Positions 52,448 through 64,000 of a DNA stretch of 64,000 nt are shown here, piece after piece (positions within the stretch are counted from its first letter, which is position 1; every line of letters starts with the position of its first letter). Below the pieces are notes generated by a model. That model searched no databases and was not told where the DNA came from. It saw only the letters and a program-made list of their open reading frames with translations. Origin of the DNA: Trypanosoma brucei (Eukaryota); NCBI GenBank assembly GCA_000002445.1, contig CM000207.1, positions 1,856,001-1,920,000 on the forward strand, written 5' to 3'. The translations under genes and the position numbers were made by a program.

Positions 52448-54655
52448 ATGAGTTTATCCCGCACAGAAAACAACGGCACCACCAGTGACACTCCGGCTCG
52501 TGAGTTCAACAACAATGAACGTAACGCGCCAGTGAACAACGGTGGCGCGGGTCGAGGGGGCCGTTGGGCCTTTCGGGGTGATTTCCGCTCAGATGAGGGG
52601 GGTGAACGTAAGGGAAAGCCGTGGGGGAGGTTCCCGCAAGGGGATGGTGAAAGAGGCAATCGCGGTTACGGTGGAGGTTATCGAGGCCGTGGCGGCAGGG
52701 GTCGCGGTGGCGGTGGCGGTGGCGGATTCCGTGAAGGCAGTTTTGGTTTCGAGAACCGGGCACAACAACAGCCACCGCGTGAGGGGTTAATGAATGACCA
52801 GGCTCCTCAAGAGGAGAGACAACCAACGGAAGAATCAGAACCGGTGCAGAGGGGACGGTTTGACGTTGATTTCTATGACAGACCTCGCCGCCGGGGCCGA
52901 GGCCGGCAGTATGGTGGTAGAGGGGATAATGACGGTGAAAGGGGCTTCTTCGGGGGAGATAACAACGAGAGGCAACCACAGAAACAGAGGCAACAAAACC
53001 CAAAGCCGTTTGGTCAGCAGCAGCAGCTGGAACCACAGCAGGAGGATGAACAAGAGGCCGTAGCGTCGCCACAACAGCAGTACAATCAGCAGCAACGGCA
53101 GCCTGAGAGGAGGCCCGATACAGCTCCCACAATGGATCCCATTTCTACGAACCCTAACCGCACACAACGCGCGCCACGTTTCCGTAAGAACTGTCGCGAC
53201 GAAAGGGAGATCGAGAAGCTGTTCGAGAGTCATCATCAACAAAAAGGTATCTCTCTCGAGAACTATGCCAGTATTCCCGTCGACATCGTCCCCCGTGACA
53301 TTGATGCTGTTGAAAGCTTTGAAGACCTCTTCGTCGAGCCAGCACTTGCTTTGAATATTGCAAAGTGTGGATATAAGGAACCGACCCCCGTTCAGCGCTA
53401 CGGTATCCCCGTCTGTCTTAACGGTAATGACCTCATGGCATGCGCGCAGACAGGTTCCGGAAAGACAGCAGCATTCCTTGTTCCAGTCGTGCACTACATT
53501 CTAAAAAATGGTGTTTCTCCAGCAAAGGACCGCATCAGCCACCCCATTGCCGTCATCATGGCTCCAACTCGAGAATTGGCGTTGCAGATATATGATGAAG
53601 TCCGCAAACTGACGTTTCGCACAGATATCTTCTACGATGTCGTTTACGGTGGCACACCGTACCCTACGCGTTTTGAGAACGATATTCTTGTTGCCTGCCC
53701 AGGCCGCCTGAAGGACATTTTTGATCGTAACATTGTTTCTTTCAGCTGTGTCAAGTTTCTCATTCTGGACGAAGCGGATCGTATGCTTGAGATGGGGTTT
53801 GAAGAACAGATTGAGTACCTTGTTGCCTCACGCTACTCCGACATGCCTTCAAGTGAGGAAAGGCAAACACTCATGTTTAGTGCTACCTTTCCACAACGCA
53901 TTCTCAATCTCGCGAAACGGTACCTGCGACCGAAGTACTACCTCCTAACGGTCGGCCGTGTGGGCTCAACAACGAAAAACATAACTCAAAAACTTGAGCG
54001 GGTGCCGGAAGCGGAGAAGAAGGATAAACTTTTCGATATCATTTACAAGCAGAAGCAAACTGATCTTGTCCTGATATTTGTGGAGACCAAGCGGTCAGCT
54101 GAGCAACTTCACAGTGCCCTTAAAAGCAGCGGCATCCCCAGTACCACTATCCATGGTGACCGCCGCCAGAGCGACCGAGAGATCGCATTGAAAGATTTCA
54201 AGAGCGGCATTACGCCTATTTTGGTGGCAACTGACGTTGCTTCTCGCGGTCTTGATATCCCCAACGTTGCCCATGTTATTCAGTACGACTTACCAAAGGA
54301 AATGGATGATTACACCCACCGTATCGGGCGTACCGGACGAGCTGGAAACAAGGGAGTTGCAACTTCATTTTACGACAGAAATAACCGCAATCTTGCTGTG
54401 GAACTGTACCACTACCTGCGTGAACACGAACAGGAGGTACCTATGTGGCTTGAAAATGAAAAGGATGCCGTAGAGGGAGAGCGGTTTGTTGGCGGCACGC
54501 GCGGTGGGAACCGACGAGGTGGCGGCGAAAGCCGTGCCGCTGCTCCACTTGGAAACTCGACATGGGGTGAAGCCGCTACTGGCAGAGGTGGCCGCCAAGG
54601 CGGTCAGCAGCAGCAGGAACGCAAAGAATCGAATGTGGATGACGGAGGCTTCTAA
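52448..54655 (+). CDS. DEAD-box ATP-dependent RNA helicase of the DDX3/Ded1 subfamily with RGG/Gly-rich N- and C-terminal tails
   Basis: All helicase motifs are present: Q-motif region (FEDLFVEPALALNIAKCGYKEPTPVQ), I AQTGSGKTAAF, Ia PTRELA, II DEAD, III SAT, IV LIFVETK, V ATDVASRGLDIP and VI HRIGRTGR. Both tails carry GRGGRGRGG-type and Q-rich low complexity. It is probably the T. brucei DED1-type paralogue that lies upstream of the GK array. Confidence 0.9.
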   Translation: MSLSRTENNGTTSDTPAREFNNNERNAPVNNGGAGRGGRWAFRGDFRSDEGGERKGKPWGRFPQGDGERGNRGYGGGYRGRGGRGRGGGGGGGFREGSFGFENRAQQQPPREGLMNDQAPQEERQPTEESEPVQRGRFDVDFYDRPRRRGRGRQYGGRGDNDGERGFFGGDNNERQPQKQRQQNPKPFGQQQQLEPQQEDEQEAVASPQQQYNQQQRQPERRPDTAPTMDPISTNPNRTQRAPRFRKNCRDEREIEKLFESHHQQKGISLENYASIPVDIVPRDIDAVESFEDLFVEPALALNIAKCGYKEPTPVQRYGIPVCLNGNDLMACAQTGSGKTAAFLVPVVHYILKNGVSPAKDRISHPIAVIMAPTRELALQIYDEVRKLTFRTDIFYDVVYGGTPYPTRFENDILVACPGRLKDIFDRNIVSFSCVKFLILDEADRMLEMGFEEQIEYLVASRYSDMPSSEERQTLMFSATFPQRILNLAKRYLRPKYYLLTVGRVGSTTKNITQKLERVPEAEKKDKLFDIIYKQKQTDLVLIFVETKRSAEQLHSALKSSGIPSTTIHGDRRQSDREIALKDFKSGITPILVATDVASRGLDIPNVAHVIQYDLPKEMDDYTHRIGRTGRAGNKGVATSFYDRNNRNLAVELYHYLREHEQEVPMWLENEKDAVEGERFVGGTRGGNRRGGGESRAAAPLGNSTWGEAATGRGGRQGGQQQQERKESNVDDGGF

Positions 54656-56048
54656 CGATGTCCGACAATCCTCAGAGCGGTAGCATAAAATAGGGAAAAG
54701 AGGAATGACCGGGAATAGAGAACCGGTTGGGGCGAAAAGAAAAAGAGAAAAAGCATACATTGTGTCGTGTGCGTCTGCAAAAAGTGAATGATATATATAT
54801 ATATATACTTGGCAGCAAGGTGAAGAGAGACAACCGAAAAAAAATAATTGAAGAGATAAATGAACGCATGAAAGACGAGAAGGAACGAAAAATGAGTTCG
54901 AATGATAAGGAGATTCAGAGGAAGAGGGGAAATGGGTGCATATCATTCGCTGTTTATGTGTTATTTTCTCCCACCCGTTTCACAGTGCGTGAGGGGGGAG
55001 GTGGTCGTGTAGCTTATCCGCATACTTTCGCACCTTCCATATGTCGTCGTTCCCGCACGAGAGAGGGAAAACTGTGTTAGTGAAGAGTCATAAAAGCCCT
55101 CACAAGATTAAGGAATCGAATGCAACGACAAGGCGAGGGAGCACGACGTCGGCATTTCGGTGCCATGAAGTGCACAAGCAATGAATACAACTTCAATTTT
55201 GAGGGTATTCTCCCGTTTTTTAAGTGACTGTATCCCTTCAGTATTTGTTTTCGTACTCTAATGGACGACAGTGACGAGTAAGTGGGAGAGAGGCAGGGGG
55301 CGAGTGGACATGGTCCGTGCTTACCTATCTTTCAACAAGCACCAACACCCACACACACGCACACGTACACAAAAGTGTAATATATATATATATATTTATT
55401 TATATTTATCTGCATATCTACACGTGTCATTTCTTTAGTTTACGGAGTGGAAAACCGTGTGGTGATAGATGTTAAAGGAAATGGAGACCTGAGCAGACAA
55501 AAGAACTCCGAATTTACTCTCCTTCCCTTTCACCCAAAGCAAAAGTAAAAAAAAAGTAAACAAGCACAATTTCTAATAACAAAAGATAGAAGAGAGAAAA
55601 TTAAGAAACAGATATTTCTATCAGTAATAAGGGAAATACAAGTAAAACTGGATACTAACCAGTAACGTTACCGGTTGGTGACGCTACTCGGGGGGGGGGG
55701 GCTTTTCGGGAATAACGGTAATGGTAATAATAATAATAATGAATCCAGTAAAAGAAAAATATTAAAGAGTAAAACTACAAGTAGAAAAAATAATTAGAAG
55801 GAAAAAAAAAGGGGGCGCACTGAAGCTAAGATCCAACGGGAGCACAATGCAAACATATGAAATAAACAAACAAAGGATTGGCGAAGAGAAGGAAAAAAGT
55901 AGCGGAGGGGGGAGGAGCGTGCTGGTGGTGGGATCAGGGACGCAAAAGTCGTTCAAGCGACAAGTGTGAGGAGTTGTTGTCAGGTCTGTTTTTTTTTTTA
56001 TTTTTTTTTTCATCTTTCGGTATCACCTTTTCCTTCCTTCAATAGCAT

Positions 56049-56074
56049 GTGTGTGTGTGTGTGTGTGTGTGTGT
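56049..56074. repeat. Microsatellite (GT)13
   Basis: Perfect dinucleotide run. Confidence 0.95.
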
Positions 56075-56712
56075 GGATGATGTTGATGATGTTGATGAAA
56101 GGGGTGCTCTGCTGCAACTGCCTTTTTTTAAAATTTTTATTACCATCTTCACTTTCACCTCCAGTCCCAACACACACTAACATGTGCACACACGCACACA
56201 AAAATAAAAAAATGCATCTGATCTCTCCGTTTACTCTTGCTTCCTTTGAAACATAAACCGCAGGCGGCACATATACTTCGTAACGTTTTACAATCTAAAT
56301 TGTTTTCTTCCCACTCTTTTCTTTGCCGTATTTCATCTTCCTTTTTCTTGTTCCTTTTTTTTTTCTACTTGTTTTTTGTGGTTTGTGCGCGTCAGTCGTC
56401 GCGTGCCACGTCAATTTTTTACTCTCCTTCGTTTTCTGCTTTCAATCTGGGGCCAGGGGTTTCTAGCAACAGTTTGGCGTTGTTTTTTTTTTACTTTTTT
56501 AAAGTTGTTGTTTTTTCCGTTTACTTTTTTTTGGGGGGGGGGAGACGATTCTCATTTTTTTTTTTGTTATTTATTTTCACCATATTAATATTTCCTTCCA
56601 TCACTTCCCTTCGTCGTATGATTTAGCATGTCCATGTGTTTTGCGTGGGGGAATGGAGATGTGCTGAGTGCACCATGAGTTACCCTCCTTCCCATTTTTA
56701 AAAAAAAAATCC

Positions 56713-56738
<26 letters not shown>
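56713..56738. repeat. Microsatellite (TA)13
   Basis: Perfect dinucleotide run. Confidence 0.95.
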
Positions 56739-56745
<7 letters not shown>

Positions 56746-57538
56746 GTATATGTATATTCGTTTTTTTTTCCTCTTCTTTCCTTCTTTCTTTCCTTCCCTC
56801 CAATATGTGCTTTATTACACCCTTTTATGATTATCCCACCGCATCGTGTCGACACTAGCTGGGTAGCACATGTTGTGTTATAAAAGGAAAGGAAGAAATA
56901 AATAAATGAGTGAAGAAAAGAGGAAAAACGAAATAGTTGTGGGAAGAAGGAGTGAAAAAAAGAAAAAAAAAGAAAAAGCACACAAACACACACGCACTCA
57001 AATGGACATGAAAAGGAGTGAGTGAGTGAGTGAAGCAATTAATTAATTTATTAGTTTACGAAGGGGTCGTAAAGAGAAATGAGGGAAAGTGCGTGGTGTA
57101 GAGGTATGTAGGTGAAGAAAATAAATATTTAAGCAACGAAGAAGGTACCGTTCCTTAAAAATGAGAGCAGTGTTTTGTTGTGTGTATGTGTGTGTTTTGT
57201 CGTTTCGGGTAGTGAACGAATATTATTATTGAAAGAAAGCTGACAGTGATCCACGATCATTTTTTGTTTGTTTGTTTGTTTGTTTTTTACTTTTTTTTGT
57301 GTCTGTTCGTTTGTTTTGGTGGGAAAACGGTAATCGCCCGGGTGAAGGCATGCACCACCTGTTTCTGCCTCCATGTTTAAGGAAGAGGCAAAAAGAAAAA
57401 GTCACTTTGAGTTTCTACTGTGTCCCTGTTAGTGGTTCGGATATATAATGGTAGGATAGCTAACAAGACTGGATATAACGAAGGACGAGGTGAAACAAAA
57501 TAAAAATTATAAATGAGCGAGGGGCGGATGTCGTGGCA

Positions 57539-57563
57539 TATATATATATATATATATATATAT
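57539..57563. repeat. Microsatellite (TA)12
   Basis: Perfect dinucleotide run. Confidence 0.9.
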
Positions 57564-58358
57564 GCAAAAGAGGGGTTACCTACCTTCCTTTTTTCTTCTT
57601 CCTCTTATAATGTTAAGAGAAAAATAAAAGGTCAACAGAAAGAAGAAATTAAAAATAAAAATTAACCAAAACTGTGTCGTAGCCAGTCGGTGAATAATTC
57701 TCTTCTTCCTCCTTCCGCACTTGTTACATGTGATGAATACTACAAAGCTGTTTAGTTTATATTGCTTTCGCTCTGGGACAAACTTAACCTGTTTTCTCGT
57801 CGGATTCTTCCTTTACAACTGTTGCTTGTATTCTTTTCCCCTTCAGTTCTTTTTCTGGTCACTGTGTTTTTACCTTCGTTTCGTTGAATCACACGGATAG
57901 AGGTTCTTTTTGAAATTCATAGGAGCCGAGGGGACGGTGAAGTTTAATCTGGCGCCTCGCGGTGTAGCGTCTAAAAGGTGATAACGGGAAGTGCGAGTCA
58001 GCGTGTTGATTCTAATAATAATAATAATTATTATTATTGTTGTTGTTGTTGCTGTTGTTGTTGTTATTTTTATATTAGGTAGACTTATCGTTCGTACTCA
58101 CATATTTTTCCTAGGCACATCTTCATACTGTGAATCTTTGTATATTAGCGGAGACGTCACAGGTACACTGTTTCGTCGCACATAATCATTTCTTTTAACC
58201 GTTTTAAAGTAACGGTATCCCTATTCCACACACACGTATAGATATATACATATATAACTTATTGGTTTGCGTGTTGTTGGTTGCGTGGGTGTGTTTGTGA
58301 AGGGCAAATTAGTTCAAAGGTGCTCGTGCATGCGTCAGTACATCGAAAGATTCATATA

Positions 58359-59612
58359 ATGTTTAAGTGCCGCGTGGCTGTTCTCCTCTCTTCGGCATCA
58401 TCTTCCGCTACAGGCTCCTGCCAGAGTAATCCTTACAAGGTTTTGGGAGTTGAACCAAACACTCCCTTCGATGAGGTGAAGAGTCGCTTCCATGAACTTG
58501 CGCAGTTGTACCACCCCGACATGCCAAACGGTGATGCGGGAAAATTCCGTGAGATTAACGCCGCATACCGGCAACTGCGCGCAACCCACCGTGAGTGGCG
58601 GTCGAACAACATGAACACCCAAACTCACCACCAATCGGAGTTTTGGGGTAGCCAAGGCAACACTGCTGATGCCGACAAGGAGGACCATTATACCAAGCAA
58701 TGGAAAAAGGGCCCCCATCACTCTACCACAAATGCACGAATGCGCGGTACTCAACAGCGAGCATTCATGCACGAGATTCTGTGGTTGTATGAGGGTTACG
58801 AGATGGCCCTTATATTGGGAACTGCAGTGGTTGTACTTATCATCGCTTTTGAGCGGTATCTGCTCGTTCGTCGTGTTACCCAAGAGAAGCGGTCGAGGCG
58901 GATAGCCATGGAAGAGGGACTCCCTCCGAGCATGCCCTTGGAGGTTGACGAGAATATGATGCGAATGTATAATGTGCCCGTTCCATCCGAGGCAATTGAA
59001 ATGGACGAAGCCATTGCCAAGGAAATGACTTACCACCGTCGCGCAACTCAGCGACGCTTTGAAGATTTCCGAGAGTTCTTGTTTGTGTATGACCCAGATG
59101 GTGTGACCTCGCGCAAAGTCACAACAGTGCGTGTTGCCGCGCCGTACGTCGACGAACCTCTTATACCCACTCGATGCCCTGTTGTGAGGGAGTTTAACTC
59201 TGAACAAAAAGGTACAAAATATGAGAACATTTTAAAAGAGGTGGTAGAAACTTCCAGCACAACACCGTGGCTATCGCCGGACGCTCAGTTTGCTGCCCCA
59301 CTTGTTGTCCAAGGTCTCGCTGTCATACCAATGAATTCTCCCAACACAGCCAAGTGGACCTTCATTGAGTACAAGAACGCAGATAATCCCACGGATCCAC
59401 CGATGTGTCTCGTGGCACTAAGAAACAGACGATTCGAGAAACTTGGCATGTGCCAGAGGGTAACAATATCAGGGAGTGGGCAACTAAGTGCCAAGTTGCT
59501 TCAAAAGCGGGAAGAGGACTTGAAGAATGGTTTGCGAGGGGATGCTCTCGTAAAAGGATCTCCGCTACCGCTAAAGGATACCACAACCGCGCTTGAACAC
59601 ATGAAGTTATGA
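58359..59612 (+). CDS. J-domain (DnaJ/Hsp40) protein with a presequence-like N-terminus and one predicted transmembrane segment
   Basis: The J domain NPYKVLGVEPNTPFDEVKSRFHELAQLYHPDMPNGDAGKFREINAAYRQL contains the HPD motif. The ORF-track start at 58281 precedes the ATG at 58359, which gives the N-terminus MFKCRVAVLLSSASSSATGS. The hydrophobic segment is ALILGTAVVVLIIAFERYLL. There is no Gly/Phe or zinc-finger region, which suggests a type III J protein. Confidence 0.75.
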   Translation: MFKCRVAVLLSSASSSATGSCQSNPYKVLGVEPNTPFDEVKSRFHELAQLYHPDMPNGDAGKFREINAAYRQLRATHREWRSNNMNTQTHHQSEFWGSQGNTADADKEDHYTKQWKKGPHHSTTNARMRGTQQRAFMHEILWLYEGYEMALILGTAVVVLIIAFERYLLVRRVTQEKRSRRIAMEEGLPPSMPLEVDENMMRMYNVPVPSEAIEMDEAIAKEMTYHRRATQRRFEDFREFLFVYDPDGVTSRKVTTVRVAAPYVDEPLIPTRCPVVREFNSEQKGTKYENILKEVVETSSTTPWLSPDAQFAAPLVVQGLAVIPMNSPNTAKWTFIEYKNADNPTDPPMCLVALRNRRFEKLGMCQRVTISGSGQLSAKLLQKREEDLKNGLRGDALVKGSPLPLKDTTTALEHMKL

Positions 59613-60057
59613 GCAGCTCCCATTCTTAATTGCAGCATCAGGCAATATTGGCATTCGCCGGAACAGGAAAGCAGCACAGGATATGCTCCTTGACGCACCG
59701 TAGGTTTCTGCATCTCAAGGACAATGCAATTAGCCTCTTTGTACATTTTAACGGCAGAAGCAAGAATATCTTCAATATTACATTTTTATTGTGTATCTCA
59801 AAAAATAAAAAATAAAAAACATCTAACAATCTTCCTTTGTTGAGCTTACATCCTTTCGGTAGGTAAAAAAAAAAATGACAAAAAATATTAAGTTAAAAAC
59901 ACACTAACAAGAAAAAATATATATAATCATCGAACACAAGACACCGTCATCATTACATTCGTCAAAAACGCAAAATTGACATCAACAAAACACTCACACA
60001 TATATTAGTCACGCAGCAAGAGGGAAAAGCAGAATTGAAAAAAAAATTTATAAAGAA

Positions 60058-63633
<3,576 letters not shown>

Positions 63634-64000
63634 GGAATGAAGGCGACCGAGATACTAATGTGACGGACCTCGTCGGCTTGCTTTACTGTATACGCAGGAT
63701 CGTGATGATATTAACCCTGCTCCGCTACTGAGTGTTGAAGCATGAAACGATATCCTTCAGGGCTACTGATGCCTGCGTGGGCAGTGTATGGGGTGTGACT
63801 TCCCTTTCATTAACTTCTCTTGTACATGCGTTGAAGCACAATCACACATATAAACGTATGCAACCTGGCGAGTGTAGGCCCGCCAGCTACCACGTGGAGT
63901 GTATACTCTCTATCTCTACGACGGTCGTTCTACCGGGCCAAGAAGCGGCGTCTGTTACTCAACAGTGGTTTCATTCATATGTTGTGTGACGTAGTGGCCA

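Noticed and set aside
52506-53494. Long minus-strand ORFs (208 aa and 219 aa) antisense to the DEAD-box helicase gene
   Set aside because: They overlap a + strand CDS that contains every DEAD-box motif. The antisense translations are low-complexity (P/H/R-rich) artefacts of the GC-rich, codon-biased RGG region. No minus-strand gene is supported anywhere else in this unidirectional cluster.

Overview
This window looks like a kinetoplastid nuclear chromosome segment. The gene content and order are consistent with Trypanosoma brucei chromosome 9 just upstream of the tandem glycerol kinase array, but that placement rests on recall of the family, not on a search.

All 24 supported protein-coding genes lie on the + strand, forming one unidirectional polycistronic unit with no strand switch. 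Each is preceded by a polypyrimidine tract plus AG, the typical trans-splicing signal. I found no CRISPR arrays, no recognisable mobile elements and no tRNA or rRNA genes.

Genes called, from left to right:
- two tandem copies of ribosomal protein eL31
- a small basic hypothetical protein
- PEX19
- a replication factor C small subunit
- an 865-aa coiled-coil protein
- a Cys/Met-metabolism PLP enzyme (cystathionine gamma-lyase-like)
- a thioredoxin-fold protein with a C-S-M-C active site
- a PP2A B''-type EF-hand regulatory subunit
- an RRM-like protein with a PAM2 motif
- a histidine-phosphatase (PGAM-like) membrane protein
- a second possible PAM2-motif protein
- a very large protein kinase with an atypical HRDISPNN catalytic loop, possibly a degenerate cyclase-like domain, and a transmembrane segment
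- riboflavin kinase
- inositol polyphosphate multikinase
- an LC8 dynein light chain with an N-terminal extension
- an EF-hand/WD40 protein
- a DDX3/Ded1 DEAD-box helicase
- a J-domain protein
- the first unit of a tandem glycosomal glycerol kinase array, ending in the PTS1 tripeptide AKL.

The most notable non-coding structure is a 662-bp tandem array of about 3.2 copies at 9701-11795. It carries several correctly spaced C-box (UGAUGA-like) and D-box (CUGA) pairs with flanking terminal complementarity, the typical layout of a reiterated trypanosomatid snoRNA cluster.

Long low-complexity intergenic regions (about 5.1 kb at 18259-23372 and about 3.7 kb at 54656-58358) and several microsatellites are also present.

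All protein identifications come from reading motifs in the supplied translations. No database searches were run.
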